Of a stretch of DNA of 64,000 bases, positions 37,645 to 49,455 are shown piece by piece. The notes under the pieces were generated by a model. The model was not told where the DNA came from and searched no databases. It saw only the letters and a list, made by a program, of their open reading frames with translations. This DNA is from Candidatus Nanopelagicales bacterium (lineage in GTDB: Bacteria; Actinomycetota; Actinomycetes; S36-B12; UBA5976): the NCBI GenBank assembly GCA_044343935.1, contig JBIJDU010000003.1, positions 5,365 to 69,364 of the forward strand, given 5' to 3'. Position 1 is the stretch's first letter. Every line of letters starts with the position of its first letter. The position numbers and the translations under genes were made by a program.

Positions 37645-38149
37645 GTTGTTGCTTTAGTTTTTGCTGCAACTCATTATTCTTAGTGATCACTAAGTCAGAT
37701 AACTCTGCTCGGTAGTTATCCAACTTTGCCTGCAATGCCTTATCGGTGCTAGCTAAAATTCGAAGTGCTAATAGGCCAGCATTCTTGGCACCGTTAATTG
37801 CAACAGTGGCAACTGGAATGCCTGCTGGCATCTGCACCACGCTTAGTAATGAATCCAGACCATCAAGATGGGATAGCGCTACTGGCACACCAATTACCGG
37901 CAAACTTGTCGCTGATGCAATCATTCCGGGTAGATGTGCCGCACCGCCAGCACCAGCAATAATTACTTGAATGCCAGATTCAGCCGCACTAGCCGCAAAT
38001 TCCAACATCTGAGTCGGCGTTCGATGGGCTGAGATAACAGCAACATCCGAAGTAACACCAAATTCCTGCAGCGTTGTAACAGCGGGCTCCATGGTGGGCC
38101 AATCGGAATCTGAGCCCATCACCACGGCAACTTTAGCTGCAGTCATCAT
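37634..38149 (-). CDS. purE: N5-carboxyaminoimidazole ribonucleotide mutase
   Basis: Motifs [14 protein letters not shown] and AGGAAHLPG. Convergent 11-nt overlap with cysNC. Confidence 0.95.
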   Translation of the reverse strand: MMTAAKVAVVMGSDSDWPTMEPAVTTLQEFGVTSDVAVISAHRTPTQMLEFAASAAESGIQVIIAGAGGAAHLPGMIASATSLPVIGVPVALSHLDGLDSLLSVVQMPAGIPVATVAINGAKNAGLLALRILASTDKALQAKLDNYRAELSDLVITKNNELQQKLKQQLNP

Positions 38150-38163
38150 GGTTCCATTCTAGA

Positions 38164-39315
38164 TTATTCATCAATCTTACCTGCCAAGAAATCAGTGGCA
38201 TGGGCGATGCGCTGTTTAAGGTCAGTCAGATCTGATCCCAGTAAATTGATATGGCCTACTTTTCGATTGGGTTTAACCTCTTTGCCATACAAATGAATTT
38301 TAAGTTCTGGATCTCGCGCTAAACAATGCAGCAAGCCACGGTGTAGGTCGAGATGTTCGCCGCCCAGGATGTTTCCCATAACAACTTTCGATGCAGTCAT
38401 GGCCGGTGAGCCAAGTGGCAAATCCAGCACGGCTCGCAGATGGTTTTCAAATTGTGATGTCACTGCCCCATCCTGGGTCCAGTGACCAGAATTATGTGGT
38501 CGCATTGCTAGCTCATTAACTAATAGCGCACCACTGCCCGTATCGAACATCTCAACTGCGAGTACCCCAATCACATCCAACTCAGCAGCAATCTGAAGTG
38601 CTAACTGTTGCGCTTGCGATGCTCGCTCTTCATCTAAATCTGGAGCGGGCGCTAACACTTGGGTGCAGATGCCATTTTGCTGCACGGTTTCCACAATTGG
38701 ATACGCCACCGCTTGATTATGTGGTGATCGAACCACCAAGGCAGAAAGTTCTCGCTGAAATTTAACTTTTTCTTCCAATAAAACTGGAAAGCTCAACTGC
38801 GCTAACTCAACAGCGTCATTTACTACCCAAACCCCACGACCGTCATATCCACCACGCGGCGATTTTGCGATCAACGGATAGCCAATTTGATTAGCAAATT
38901 CAGTCGCACCCGATAGATCAACGGCGACTTTCCAATTAGGCATTGGTGCATCTAACTGCTGAAGTTTGGCTCGCATGGCTGACTTATCTGCCGCAAACTC
39001 AATTGCTTCACTGGTTGGATAGACCTTAATTCCGCTCGTTGTTAGATGAGTCAAAGTTGCTGGTGGAACTAACTCGTGGTCCAACGTGATCACATCGACC
39101 GATTGGGCAAACTTCAGCACCGCAACTAAATCAGTTAACTCACCCACCACCGTATCAGCAACAACTAACGCGGCACTCTCTGAATTAGATTGCGCAAAAA
39201 CTTTAAATTGAATACCGAGCGCGCTGGCAGCTTCTGCCATCATGCGCGCTAACTGACCTGCCCCAAGCACACCAACAACCAATGTGCCAATAGGAAGATC
39301 AGATCTAGCGTGCAT
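38164..39315 (-). CDS. purK: N5-carboxyaminoimidazole ribonucleotide synthase
   Basis: ATP-grasp protein upstream of purE. C-terminal YGK...RKVGHI motif. Confidence 0.93.
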   Translation of the reverse strand: MHARSDLPIGTLVVGVLGAGQLARMMAEAASALGIQFKVFAQSNSESAALVVADTVVGELTDLVAVLKFAQSVDVITLDHELVPPATLTHLTTSGIKVYPTSEAIEFAADKSAMRAKLQQLDAPMPNWKVAVDLSGATEFANQIGYPLIAKSPRGGYDGRGVWVVNDAVELAQLSFPVLLEEKVKFQRELSALVVRSPHNQAVAYPIVETVQQNGICTQVLAPAPDLDEERASQAQQLALQIAAELDVIGVLAVEMFDTGSGALLVNELAMRPHNSGHWTQDGAVTSQFENHLRAVLDLPLGSPAMTASKVVMGNILGGEHLDLHRGLLHCLARDPELKIHLYGKEVKPNRKVGHINLLGSDLTDLKQRIAHATDFLAGKIDE

Positions 39316-40075
39316 CTGCTGGCCTTAAATGAATGACATCGCCAGCAACTACTTCAACTAAACCAGAATCAGTGTCAATCACTAATGCTCCTTGATCAGT
39401 AATTCCAGTGGCAATACCAACGACTTGATCGCTATTGGCTAGTTGAACTTGAACTGCTTGCCCAATAGTACTCAATTCAGCGGTTACTAAATCGCGTACC
39501 TGCTGGTCGGTCATCCCTGCTGCTTGCTGAATTAGCGCATTTAGCTCCAATAGAAAATCAGCAAGTGCCGGTAGGTAATCGGTAATACCAAGGTGGGCAG
39601 CTGATTCAATTTTCGGTGCGGCAAAAAAGTTAATGCCAATACCAACTACAGCGTAATGAGCAGTTCGCTCAATCAATATCCCAGCAAATTTTCCAGAACT
39701 AATCAAACAGTCGTTGGGCCATTTGATTTTAATTTGATCTGAGACATACTTTTGCAACGCTTTCTTTAATGCAATTGCAGTGAGCAGGCTGAGCCAACTA
39801 GGTGTTGCTTCAAAGTGAGTTAGCGGCACTGCAACTGAGATCGGCACTGAACCAGTTGGGCTCTCCCAGCTACGCCCCTGTCGGCCACGGCCAGCGGCCT
39901 GCTTGGTTGCAATACGAATTGACCATGGACCTGCGGCTTGCTCAGCCAACTCAGAAATTAACAGTGCATTAGTTGAGTCGACCTGATCCAGCCAGCGCAG
40001 ATCGGTTACCAGCATCGGCTGGGACGCCAATAAACCCATCAGTAGGGGGCGATGTGAACTAATTACCTCGGCCAC
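39305..40075 (-). CDS. birA: biotin--[acetyl-CoA-carboxylase] ligase
   Basis: [11 protein letters not shown] motif and KWPND. The start is uncertain. GTG 40075 is preferred over the tracked 40147, which would overlap accD5. Confidence 0.82.
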   Translation of the reverse strand: MAEVISSHRPLLMGLLASQPMLVTDLRWLDQVDSTNALLISELAEQAAGPWSIRIATKQAAGRGRQGRSWESPTGSVPISVAVPLTHFEATPSWLSLLTAIALKKALQKYVSDQIKIKWPNDCLISSGKFAGILIERTAHYAVVGIGINFFAAPKIESAAHLGITDYLPALADFLLELNALIQQAAGMTDQQVRDLVTAELSTIGQAVQVQLANSDQVVGIATGITDQGALVIDTDSGLVEVVAGDVIHLRPADAR

Positions 40076-40112
40076 GCGGCTAGGGTACGAGTTGGGTAAC
40101 CCAGGAGGACAG

Positions 40113-41696
40113 ATGAACACCGCTGATTCCCATAATCCCAGGTCCACAGCTGGAAAGCTGGAGGAGTTGGCGATCTTTCGTGATCATGCCCTGCATTCGG
40201 CATCTGCGGCAGCAGTTGAACGGCAACACCAACGTGGCAAGCAGACTGCGCGCGAGCGAATAGCGCAATTACTTGATGAGGGTTCATTTGTCGAGCTCGA
40301 TGAGTTAGTTAGACATCGCTCTAGCAATTTTGGTTTAGATGATGACCGACCTTTTGGCGATGGCGTGGTTACTGGTTACGGCACTATTGATAGCCGGCCA
40401 GTTGCTATCTTCGCACAAGACTTCACCATCTTTGGTGGCTCTCTTGGTGAAGTAATGGGTGAAAAAATTGTGAAGATAATGGACTGGGCAATTAAAAATG
40501 GTTGTCCAATTATTGGTATTCAAGACAGCGGCGGCGCACGTATTCAAGAAGGTGTGTCATCGCTTGATCTCTATGGTGAAATTTTTTATCGCAATGTCTT
40601 AGCCTCTGGCGTAATTCCACAGATTTCGTTAATTATGGGTCCATGTGCTGGCGGTGCGGTCTACTCTCCGGCGCTAACTGACTTTGTGGTGATGGTTAAT
40701 GAAACTTCACATATGTTCATCACCGGCCCTGATGTAATTAAAACTGTAACTGGTGAAGATGTTGGTTTTGAAGAGTTAGGCGGTGCAGTTGCTCACACTA
40801 CTAAATCTGGCGTTGCCCATTACGGCGCAATTGATGAAGCAGATGCGCTTAACTACGTAAAAGCCTTGCTCTCCTATTTACCAAGCAACAATTTAGATCG
40901 AGCGCCAAATTTTGATGCGGAAGCAACACTTGAACCAACTGAGATAGATCTTGCCTTGAATCAATTGATCCCCGATGAATCAAATCAACCATATGACATG
41001 TTCAAATTGATTGAGGCATTGCTAGATGATGGTGATTTTCTAGAAATCCAGCCAAACTTTGCGCCAAATATCATTACTTGTTTCGGTCGAATTGAAGGCC
41101 AGTCAGTTGGCATTGTGGCAAATCAACCAATGCAATTTGCTGGCACGTTAGACATTAATGCGTCCGAAAAAGCGGCTCGATTCGTCCGCACCTGCGATGC
41201 CTTCAATATTCCAGTTGTTAGCTTGGTGGATGTGCCTGGCTTCTTACCTGGCACCAATCAAGAATGGGATGGCATCATCCGACGCGGTGCTAAATTGATT
41301 TATGCCTATGCCGAGGCAACCGTGCCAAAGATAACTTTAATTACCCGAAAAGCTTACGGTGGCGCTTATGTGGTGATGGGTGCAAAAAGCTTGCGAGCTG
41401 ATATCAATTTTGCTTGGCCTACCGGACAAATTGCCGTTATGGGTGCATCAGGTGCAGTTAGCATTATTCATCGCAAGGAGATCACAGCAGCAGATGATAA
41501 AGAGGCAAAGCGCGCCGAACTACTGCGTGAATACGAAGACACGTTAGATAATCCGTATGTCGCAGCAGAGCGCGGCTATATTGATCGCATCATCTTGCCA
41601 AGTGAAACCAGAAGTGAAATTGTGAAGGCACTTCGGGCACTCAAGAATAAGCGTGATCAAACTCCAATTCGTAAACATGGAAACATTCCCCTATGA
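40113..41696 (+). CDS. accD5: acyl-CoA (propionyl/acetyl) carboxylase carboxyltransferase beta subunit
   Basis: ATG 40113 with AGGAGG upstream. Two crotonase-like CT halves ([14 protein letters not shown]). Confidence 0.93.
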   Translation: MNTADSHNPRSTAGKLEELAIFRDHALHSASAAAVERQHQRGKQTARERIAQLLDEGSFVELDELVRHRSSNFGLDDDRPFGDGVVTGYGTIDSRPVAIFAQDFTIFGGSLGEVMGEKIVKIMDWAIKNGCPIIGIQDSGGARIQEGVSSLDLYGEIFYRNVLASGVIPQISLIMGPCAGGAVYSPALTDFVVMVNETSHMFITGPDVIKTVTGEDVGFEELGGAVAHTTKSGVAHYGAIDEADALNYVKALLSYLPSNNLDRAPNFDAEATLEPTEIDLALNQLIPDESNQPYDMFKLIEALLDDGDFLEIQPNFAPNIITCFGRIEGQSVGIVANQPMQFAGTLDINASEKAARFVRTCDAFNIPVVSLVDVPGFLPGTNQEWDGIIRRGAKLIYAYAEATVPKITLITRKAYGGAYVVMGAKSLRADINFAWPTGQIAVMGASGAVSIIHRKEITAADDKEAKRAELLREYEDTLDNPYVAAERGYIDRIILPSETRSEIVKALRALKNKRDQTPIRKHGNIPL

Positions 41697-41890
41697 GTGA
41701 ACTCAATCTAAAAGTTCTAAGTGGCAGCGCTAGCGCTGATGAAATTGCTGCGATTATGGCGGTGCTAACTGCTATTGCGGCGGCAAAACCAAGCAAACCG
41801 GCACCTGCAAACTCTAATTGGGCTGATCCAGCGCTATTGCACCGTCGGCCACTGCCATCATCATGGGCATCTAGTTTCCTTGTTAGGTAA
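41693..41890 (+). CDS. accE: acyl-CoA carboxylase epsilon subunit
   Basis: 65 aa, Ala-rich ([15 protein letters not shown] ... W). It overlaps accD5 by 4 nt, as in mycobacterial accD5-accE5. Confidence 0.75.
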   Translation: MSELNLKVLSGSASADEIAAIMAVLTAIAAAKPSKPAPANSNWADPALLHRRPLPSSWASSFLVR

Positions 41891-41892
41891 AT

Positions 41893-42504
41893 ATGAAATT
41901 AGTTTTGGCGTCAGCTTCACCGGCACGTGCCATGCTTATGCGCAATGCTGGCCTCAGGTTTGAAGTTTTAGTTTCACATGTTGATGAAGAAGCCATTCAA
42001 GCGGCAAATTCAGAATTAACTCCCGCCGAATTAGTAATTAAGTTAGCGCAGGCAAAAGCCCAAGCAGTTGCAGCACAAGTTTCAGATGCGCTGGTAATTG
42101 CTGCCGATTCAATGTTTTTATTTGACGGAACACTTTATGGCAAACCACTTGATCATGCAGTTGCTCAAGAGCGCTTAAGTCGAATGCAAAGCAAATTTGG
42201 TGAATTAATCACTGGGCATGCCGTAATTGATACTAAATCTGGAGTTTGTCATAGTGCGGTGGCTTCGGCGATAGTGCAATTTAGTGAGATGAGTGAAACT
42301 GAAATTTCAGCTTATTTAGCATCCGAGGAGCCGTTGCATGTTGCTGGCAATTTCACGTTAGATGGTCTTGGTGCGGCATTTATCGAACAAGTAAGCGGAG
42401 ATCCCGCGGCAGTTGTTGGGCTCTCCTTAAACACTTTAAGAAAATTGATAAACAGCCACGGATATGAATACACCCAGCTGTGGCAACTGGGCAGTAACAA
42501 CTAG
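41893..42504 (+). CDS. maf: Maf-like nucleoside triphosphate pyrophosphatase
   Basis: MKLVLASASPAR N-terminus, ADS...DG..YGKP and LDGLGAAFIE. Confidence 0.9.
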   Translation: MKLVLASASPARAMLMRNAGLRFEVLVSHVDEEAIQAANSELTPAELVIKLAQAKAQAVAAQVSDALVIAADSMFLFDGTLYGKPLDHAVAQERLSRMQSKFGELITGHAVIDTKSGVCHSAVASAIVQFSEMSETEISAYLASEEPLHVAGNFTLDGLGAAFIEQVSGDPAAVVGLSLNTLRKLINSHGYEYTQLWQLGSNN

Positions 42505-42533
42505 GGTTTTAATCTTCGGCAGGAAAGGCAGTC

Positions 42534-44285
42534 ATGGCAACGAAAATCTCAAAACTGCTCATCGCTAATCGCGGCGAGATAGCAGTACGGGTGATTCGTG
42601 CTTGCCGAGATGAGCAGATAAAAACCGTTGCGGTTTATTCAGAAGGTGATCGCAATAGTATGCATGTCAGCTTAGCTGATGAGGCGTACTCATTAGCAGG
42701 TAAATCTGCAAAAGAAACTTATTTAGATATCGACAAAATTATTTCGATTGCAAAATCTAGCGGCGCCGATGCAATTCATCCAGGCTATGGCTTTCTATCT
42801 GAGAATGCCCAGTTCGCCCAAGCAGTCCTCGATGCTGGTTTGATCTGGGTAGGGCCACCACCTGTTGCCATTACTGCGCTTGGTGACAAAGTTCAAGCTC
42901 GACATATTGCCCAAAAGGTTGGGGCACCGCTTGTGCCTGGCACCACAGACCCAGTTTCCGATGCGACTGAAGTAGTTGAATTTGCTAATGCACACGGTTT
43001 GCCAATTGCCATTAAGGCGGCTTTTGGTGGTGGCGGGCGCGGAATGAAGGTTGCTCGTAGCATTGAAGAAATTCCAGAATTGTTTGAATCGGCTGTTCGC
43101 GAAGCAGTTGCGGCATTTGGCCGAGGTGAGTGTTTTGTCGAGCGTTATTTAGATAATCCGCGCCATGTGGAGACCCAGGTACTTGCTGATAGTCATGGCA
43201 ATGTTGTAGTTATCTCAACTCGAGATTGCTCGCTACAGCGTAGGCATCAAAAACTTGTCGAAGAAGCGCCCGCACCATTTTTAACTGATGATCAAATTGC
43301 TCGGCTGTATCAATCAAGTAAAGACATCATGAAAGAAGCAGGCTACCAAAATGCTGGCACTTGTGAGTTTCTGATTGGCGAAGATGGCACTATTTCCTTT
43401 TTAGAAGTAAACACCAGATTGCAAGTAGAGCATCCGGTATCCGAAGAAGTAACTGGGATTGATCTAGTTCGCGAGCAGTTACGCATTGCCCGCGGTGAAA
43501 AGATTGAATATGGCGATCCAATTGCTAGAGGTCATAGCATTGAGTTTCGTATTAATGGTGAAGATCCAGGACGTGGCTTCTTGCCAGCACCTGGCAAGTT
43601 AACTAAATGGGTAATTCCAGATGGACCTGGTGTCCGAATGGACACCGGTTACCGCGAAGGTGACAGCGTCAGCGGTGACTTTGATTCTCTTTTAGGCAAA
43701 CTAATTATCACCGGCGCAACTCGCGAGCAAGCACTTGCGCGAGCGCGACGGGCATTAACTGAAATGCAGATAGCCGGAATTCCAACCGCACTGACATTTC
43801 ACCAAGTGGTGGTAAATGAACCCGACTTTATTGGTGAAGCTGGATTTAATGTTCACACCAGATGGATTGAAACTGATTTTAAAAATGAAATCCCAGCCCA
43901 ATCAAGCACGTTAATAGATGATGAATTCACGATGGACGATCCTATCGTGGTGGAAGTCAACGGAAAGCGCATTGAAGTTGCGCTGCCACAGAACATATCG
44001 ATTGGATCCAAAAAAGCAGCAGCTAAAAAACCAGTTCGACAACGCAGTAGCTCGGCACCAGCAGCATCTGGAAACGCAATTGTGGCACCGATGCAGGGCA
44101 CTATTGTGAAAATTGCCGTTAGCGCTGGCACAGCAGTTGCCGCAGGTGATTTGATTATGGTGATTGAAGCGATGAAAATGGAGCAGCCATTAACTGCTCA
44201 TAAATCTGGCGTTATTGCCAGCATCACCGCAGAAATTGGCATCACCGTTCAATCAGGCACTGTGCTCTGCGAAATTACGGATTAG
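42534..44285 (+). CDS. accA: acetyl/propionyl-CoA carboxylase alpha subunit (biotin carboxylase + BCCP)
   Basis: [13 protein letters not shown], an ATP-grasp core, and the C-terminal biotinylation motif IEAMKME. Confidence 0.95.
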   Translation: MATKISKLLIANRGEIAVRVIRACRDEQIKTVAVYSEGDRNSMHVSLADEAYSLAGKSAKETYLDIDKIISIAKSSGADAIHPGYGFLSENAQFAQAVLDAGLIWVGPPPVAITALGDKVQARHIAQKVGAPLVPGTTDPVSDATEVVEFANAHGLPIAIKAAFGGGGRGMKVARSIEEIPELFESAVREAVAAFGRGECFVERYLDNPRHVETQVLADSHGNVVVISTRDCSLQRRHQKLVEEAPAPFLTDDQIARLYQSSKDIMKEAGYQNAGTCEFLIGEDGTISFLEVNTRLQVEHPVSEEVTGIDLVREQLRIARGEKIEYGDPIARGHSIEFRINGEDPGRGFLPAPGKLTKWVIPDGPGVRMDTGYREGDSVSGDFDSLLGKLIITGATREQALARARRALTEMQIAGIPTALTFHQVVVNEPDFIGEAGFNVHTRWIETDFKNEIPAQSSTLIDDEFTMDDPIVVEVNGKRIEVALPQNISIGSKKAAAKKPVRQRSSSAPAASGNAIVAPMQGTIVKIAVSAGTAVAAGDLIMVIEAMKMEQPLTAHKSGVIASITAEIGITVQSGTVLCEITD

Positions 44286-44586
44286 CTCGCTTCATTATCC
44301 GGCCGACAATGTTTAGGCCAGCAAAAGCAACCGCAAACTTAATAACTGATAGTGAATCATCAGCAAAGCCATTAACTACTGCTGGAATTGAAAGTATCGC
44401 AGCAAGCAACAGGGCATTTTTTACACTGGCAGCCATGGCACCCCAGAGCAAACCAAAGACTCCAGAGATCATCAATAGATACGCATACTCCACGCCAGTT
44501 TCTTCGGCATTATTTTGAGTATCAAGCCAGGCGATAAAGATCGAAAAAATCACCATTGCTACAACAAGAATAGAAGTGCGTTTCAT
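44275..44586 (-). CDS. small membrane protein
   Basis: 103 aa with three or four hydrophobic segments. It abuts the lpdA-like stop. No family recognised. Confidence 0.5.
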   Translation of the reverse strand: MKRTSILVVAMVIFSIFIAWLDTQNNAEETGVEYAYLLMISGVFGLLWGAMAASVKNALLLAAILSIPAVVNGFADDSLSVIKFAVAFAGLNIVGRIMKRANP

Positions 44587-46016
44587 TACAGCTCCGTTCC
44601 ATGATTAACTCGGTGCAGTCTACGTGCTGCTTCGGCAATTGAGCCGGTTAAGCTCGGATAAACCGTAAATGTGTGTGCCAACTGATCAGTGGTCAATCGT
44701 TGCTCAACGGCAATTGCAATTGGATAAATCAACTCACTGGCATTACGTGCCACTACTACCCCGCCCAAAATCACACCCGAATCTACATTGCTAAACAATT
44801 TAACAAAACCATCGGTTTGACCTTGCATTTTTGCTCGTGCATTACCAGCTAGCGATAGCAGCATAGTTCGGGCTGGAATCTCACCGCTATCAACTTGTCG
44901 TTGCGTTACCCCTACTGATGCAATCTCCGGATCGGTAAATACGTTACTGCTGACAGTTTGTAAATCAAGTGGCGATACCGCATCGCCTAACGCGTGATAC
45001 ATCGCGATTCTGCCCTGCATCGCGGCAACTGACGCTAGCGGCAAAACTCCAGTACAGTCTCCAGCAGCATAAACATTTCTAACTGAAGTGCGCGATACCC
45101 GATCAACTTCAATATGACCACTCGCAGTGGTTTTAACACCAATTTCAGCAAGTCCAACATCTTGCGTGTTTGGAAGTGAACCTATTGCAACTAACGCGTG
45201 GCTGCCCGAGATAACTTCACCAGAAGCTAACTTAACTTCAACTCCATTACCGGTACTAACAACTTCAACGGCACGAGCATTATTTATTACTTTCATGCCG
45301 CGACGAGCAAATACTCGCTCCAGCGCTGCTGCCGCATCCGGATCTTCACCTGGTAGCACTCGAGCCCGAGAAGAGATCAGGGTGACATCACTGCCTATTG
45401 CGTTATATGCAGAAGCAAACTCAGCACCAGTTACGCCAGATCCAATCACAATCAATTTTGATGGTAGTTCAGTTAAGTCATATAACTGTTGCCAATCTAG
45501 AATTCGATCTCCATCAGGTTTTATTGTTGGCATGACTCTCGGACGAGCACCAGTTGCAATCAGTAGTACATCAAACTTCAGCTCTCGCTCACCCACGGTT
45601 ACTAAGCCAGATCCACTAATAACTGCTTCGCCAGAAATCAATTCAATTTTTTCAGCAATCAACTTAGTAGTGATATCAGCACTCTGTGCTAGTGCTAAAG
45701 ACTTAATACGCTTATTGATTTGAAGTAAATCTGAACTAACTTGGTCAGCATTTGCGGCTACACCAGCTAACTGCACACCTAATTCACCAGATTCAGAAGT
45801 TGTAGTGATCGACTCAGCGGTGGCAATTAGAGTTTTTGACGGCACGCAATCAGTTAGTACGGTTGAGCCACCTAGCGCATCGTTGCTAACTAACTGGACT
45901 CGAGCGCCTAGTTGAGCGGCAACTAAGGCTGCTTCATATCCGCCTGGCCCGCCGCCAATGATTACTACCTGAGTCACGGGGTGGATTCTGGCAGAGGCTT
46001 GGCCAAATCCTGGCAC
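44586..46016 (-). CDS. flavoprotein disulfide-reductase-family NAD(P)H dehydrogenase (Mtb LpdA/Rv3303c-like)
   Basis: FAD motif IIGGGPGGYEAAL. There is only one Cys in the usual redox CxxxxC position (LTDCVPSKT), as I recall for the quinone-reductase-type LpdA. The start may instead be GTG 45977. Confidence 0.85.
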   Translation of the reverse strand: MPGFGQASARIHPVTQVVIIGGGPGGYEAALVAAQLGARVQLVSNDALGGSTVLTDCVPSKTLIATAESITTTSESGELGVQLAGVAANADQVSSDLLQINKRIKSLALAQSADITTKLIAEKIELISGEAVISGSGLVTVGERELKFDVLLIATGARPRVMPTIKPDGDRILDWQQLYDLTELPSKLIVIGSGVTGAEFASAYNAIGSDVTLISSRARVLPGEDPDAAAALERVFARRGMKVINNARAVEVVSTGNGVEVKLASGEVISGSHALVAIGSLPNTQDVGLAEIGVKTTASGHIEVDRVSRTSVRNVYAAGDCTGVLPLASVAAMQGRIAMYHALGDAVSPLDLQTVSSNVFTDPEIASVGVTQRQVDSGEIPARTMLLSLAGNARAKMQGQTDGFVKLFSNVDSGVILGGVVVARNASELIYPIAIAVEQRLTTDQLAHTFTVYPSLTGSIAEAARRLHRVNHGTEL

Positions 46017-46035
46017 CTACGACTAATCTCGGCTC

Positions 46036-46839
46036 ATGACCGCTGAATTAGATCCCTATCAGGCTGCCGCCGCAGCTGCCCGAGTCCTCGCTAAAGAGAC
46101 TGGGGTGGTGCACCATGATGTTTTAGTGGTGTTGGGCTCGGGTTGGACCCCTGCTGCTGATGAGTTTGGCACCCCCACCGCTGAGATCACAGTTACTAAC
46201 CTGCCCGGCTTCGCCGCACCAGCTGTGGCTGGACATGCGGGCAAATTGCGATCAGTTCGAGTTGGTTCATTAAATGTCTTATTGCAATTAGGTCGAACTC
46301 ATTTTTACGAGAAAAATGATGCGCAAGCTGTGGTGCATGCGGTGCGAACAGCGCTAGCAGCAGGAGTTAAAACGGTAGTGTTAACAAATGCCGCAGGCTC
46401 GCTTCACACTACTTGGCCGCCTGGCACACCAGTGTTGATTAAAGATCAAATTAACTTAACTGGGGGCACTCCATTAGTTGGTGCTCGGTTCGTCGATGTA
46501 ACTGAAATCTATTCCAAAAGATTGCGTGACTTAGCAAAGCAAGTAAAACCAGATTTGCCCGAAGGTGTTTACACCGCATTCCATGGTCCGCAGTATGAAA
46601 CTCCAGCCGAGATTGCAATGGTAAAAGCAATTGGTGGCGATTTAGTTGGAATGTCTACTGCGCTTGAGGCAATTGCTGCTCGCGAAGGTAATGCTGAAGT
46701 GCTTGGTATTTCACTTGTCACAAATCTCGCAGCTGGCATGACCGGTGAGAAACTTAATCACGAAGAAGTACTTGAAGCAGGCAAGCAAGCAGCAACTTCG
46801 ATGGGCAAACTATTAGTTGAGGTTGTAAGTAAGTTATGA
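46036..46839 (+). CDS. punA: purine nucleoside phosphorylase
   Basis: LGSGW, GRTHFYE, GPQYETPAE and GMSTALE motifs. Confidence 0.92.
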   Translation: MTAELDPYQAAAAAARVLAKETGVVHHDVLVVLGSGWTPAADEFGTPTAEITVTNLPGFAAPAVAGHAGKLRSVRVGSLNVLLQLGRTHFYEKNDAQAVVHAVRTALAAGVKTVVLTNAAGSLHTTWPPGTPVLIKDQINLTGGTPLVGARFVDVTEIYSKRLRDLAKQVKPDLPEGVYTAFHGPQYETPAEIAMVKAIGGDLVGMSTALEAIAAREGNAEVLGISLVTNLAAGMTGEKLNHEEVLEAGKQAATSMGKLLVEVVSKL

Positions 46840-48485
46840 ACTCAGAACAGCAGTTGATTCAAACTGCTCATGCCTGGGTAGCGCAAGACTTTGATCCAGC
46901 AACTATTTCAGAATTGAAAGAATTAATTTCAAAAGTCCCACATGATCCAGTTGCCCTTGCTGAATTAGCTAGCAGATTTGCCGGACCATTGCAGTTTGGT
47001 ACGGCAGGACTTCGCGCTGAAGTAGCCGCTGGCGAATCAAGAATGAATTGTGCCACTGTCGCGAAAGCTGCTTGGGGCGTTTCTAGCTGGTTACTCGCAA
47101 ATCAGAAAAAAGTGTTATTGGTTGGCAATGATGCCAGAAATGGATCAGTTGACTTTGCTGAAGTTACCTGCGGTATCGCGGCAGCATTGGGGCTTAACGT
47201 AATTCGATTGGCTGGTCCAGTACCGACGCCAGTTTTGGCCTATGCCCTCACAGAGTTAAAAGCAGATGCGGCAATTATGGTAACTGCGTCTCATAATCCA
47301 GCAAAAGACAATGGCTACAAGGTTTATGACCATTCTGGTTCACAAATTATTAGCCCCAGCGACAAAGAGATTGCAGCGCTGATTGCGAAAGCACCTGCTG
47401 CCAAAGATATTGATCGGTCTGGCAATTACCAAACAGTTGAGATGATTGATAAGTATGTTTCATACGTTACAGAAAATGCGCTACCAGGTCTTACTAAAGA
47501 TTTAAAAATCGCATACACCGCGCTGCACGGCGTTGGCTCAATTACATTCAATAAGTTACTTACTCAAGTTGGCTATCAAAACTTAGTAGAAGTTAAGACA
47601 CAGCAGCAACCTGATCCAGCATTTCCAACAGTAGATTTCCCAAATCCGGAAGAAGATGGCGCAATGGATTTACTGCTCGCGCTTGCTGAAGCAGAAAATG
47701 CCGACATTGCTATTGCAAATGATCCAGATGCCGATCGCACCGCAATTGCCCTGCCAACTCAAACTGGTTGGCACCGGCTATCTGGTGATGAATTAGGCAC
47801 GTTATTAGCTTGGTGGTGCGTGATGCGGGCTAACCTACAAAACAAACCAGTAACTGGCGCCATGGCAGCATCAATTGTCTCAAGTTCCATGATCAAGCGA
47901 ATTGCAACAGCCAATAAACTTGATTTTAGTTTTACTTTAACTGGTTTTAAATACGTCGGACGAGTTACTAATTTAAAATTTGGTTATGAAGAGGCAATTG
48001 GTTATTGCGTATTGCCTGAAAAGATAAAAGATAAAGATGGAATTTCGGCTTCTCTGTTTGCAATTGAATTAGTGAGTTATCTCAAATCGAATAATAAATC
48101 GGCCCTACAGCAGTTAGATGAGCTCTACCAAACTTATGGCACTGTGCTTACTAAGCAAATTACGCTGCGGCTAACTGATGTTGCAGCAGTTGGAGCCAAG
48201 TTGGCTGAAATCATGAGCAACTTACCCACCGTACTAGGCGATACGAAACTTACCAACATTTCTGATTTTTCATCCGGTATCGATGGTTTACCAAAAGCAA
48301 GCGGAATTCGATTGAGTTTTGGTAATGGCCGAATCATCATCCGGCCAAGTGGCACAGAACCAAAACTTAAGTGCTACATCGAAGTTGCCGCTGAACCAGA
48401 CCATGATCTGGCTGCTCAAAAAGCCAAGTTATCTCGCCAATTAGACCTGCTGGCTGATGAATTAGCCAAGTTGGTTCAAGCCTGA
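46836..48485 (+). CDS. phospho-sugar mutase (PmmB-type, probable phosphopentomutase role)
   Basis: TASHNPAKDNGYK phosphoserine loop and NDPDADR Mg site. It overlaps punA by 4 nt. Confidence 0.88.
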   Translation: MNSEQQLIQTAHAWVAQDFDPATISELKELISKVPHDPVALAELASRFAGPLQFGTAGLRAEVAAGESRMNCATVAKAAWGVSSWLLANQKKVLLVGNDARNGSVDFAEVTCGIAAALGLNVIRLAGPVPTPVLAYALTELKADAAIMVTASHNPAKDNGYKVYDHSGSQIISPSDKEIAALIAKAPAAKDIDRSGNYQTVEMIDKYVSYVTENALPGLTKDLKIAYTALHGVGSITFNKLLTQVGYQNLVEVKTQQQPDPAFPTVDFPNPEEDGAMDLLLALAEAENADIAIANDPDADRTAIALPTQTGWHRLSGDELGTLLAWWCVMRANLQNKPVTGAMAASIVSSSMIKRIATANKLDFSFTLTGFKYVGRVTNLKFGYEEAIGYCVLPEKIKDKDGISASLFAIELVSYLKSNNKSALQQLDELYQTYGTVLTKQITLRLTDVAAVGAKLAEIMSNLPTVLGDTKLTNISDFSSGIDGLPKASGIRLSFGNGRIIIRPSGTEPKLKCYIEVAAEPDHDLAAQKAKLSRQLDLLADELAKLVQA

Positions 48486-48531
48486 GCCACAGTGCTAGGT
48501 TTTGGCATTAGCAGCGGCTGAAGGTGTGCTG

Positions 48532-49455
48532 ATGAATATTGCAGTAGTGGGAAGCACCAACATTGATATGGTGACTTACGCCAATGTGCTGCCAGAATCT
48601 GGCGAAACTTTAAAAGGCGAGAATTTCCTGCTTGGCTTTGGTGGTAAAGGTGCTAATCAAGCCGTTATGGCAGCAAGATTTGGTGCACCGGTATTCATGG
48701 TCAATTCAATTGGCGAAGATGTGTTTGGCGACACCACGCTGGAAAACTTTAATACTCAAGGCGTCAACACAAAGTATGTCAATCGAGTCGCCGGGCCATC
48801 TGGTGTTGCACCAATTTGGGTAGATGGCAACGGTGAAAATCGCATCATTGTGGTACCAGGTGCTAATGGCAAAATGACTGTCAGCCAGGCAGAATCTGCA
48901 ATTGCAGAAATTGATGATCTTGCAATTGTGCTTGGTCAATTTGAAATACCACAGCAAGTTACCGCTGCAGCATTCAAAACTGCCCAAGCTAAGAATGCAA
49001 TTACAATCTTGAACCCAGCCCCATTTGAAAAAGTATTACCTGAATTGCTCGAAAATTGTGACTGGATTATTCCAAATGAATCCGAATTTGCCGGACTGCA
49101 TCCAGCTGGAAAATTTCCAGTTAGCGATACTGAGGTTATTGAATTAGCAAATCTACTTAACACCAATTTATGTGTAACCTTAGGTGAAGCAGGAGTTGCC
49201 GTAGTTGTTCGCGGTGAAAATAAGGTGGTTCGAATTGCTGCAACTGCAGTTAAACCGGTAGACACCACTGGAGCGGGCGATTGTTTCGTTGGCTCATTTA
49301 GCTATGGCTTAGTTTCTGGTCTAACCCCAGCTGATGCTGCGAAATTGGGCACGCGCTGTGCGTCACTTAGTGTTACTCGGCTTGGTGCGCAGGCTTCCTA
49401 CCCCACACCAGCTGAAGCAGCTGAGCTATTGGCTACGGTTAGGTCAGGTAACTAA
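48532..49455 (+). CDS. rbsK: ribokinase
   Basis: ATG 48532 (MNIAVVGSTNIDM). GGKGANQA and the anion hole DTTGAGD. Confidence 0.88.
   Translation: MNIAVVGSTNIDMVTYANVLPESGETLKGENFLLGFGGKGANQAVMAARFGAPVFMVNSIGEDVFGDTTLENFNTQGVNTKYVNRVAGPSGVAPIWVDGNGENRIIVVPGANGKMTVSQAESAIAEIDDLAIVLGQFEIPQQVTAAAFKTAQAKNAITILNPAPFEKVLPELLENCDWIIPNESEFAGLHPAGKFPVSDTEVIELANLLNTNLCVTLGEAGVAVVVRGENKVVRIAATAVKPVDTTGAGDCFVGSFSYGLVSGLTPADAAKLGTRCASLSVTRLGAQASYPTPAEAAELLATVRSGN

Noticed and set aside
45127-45723. 198-aa + strand ORF inside the lpdA-like gene
   Set aside because: It is an antisense shadow ORF. Its composition is Ser/Thr/Pro/Ala-rich and low-complexity, and it is fully contained in a gene with clear flavoprotein motifs on the other strand.
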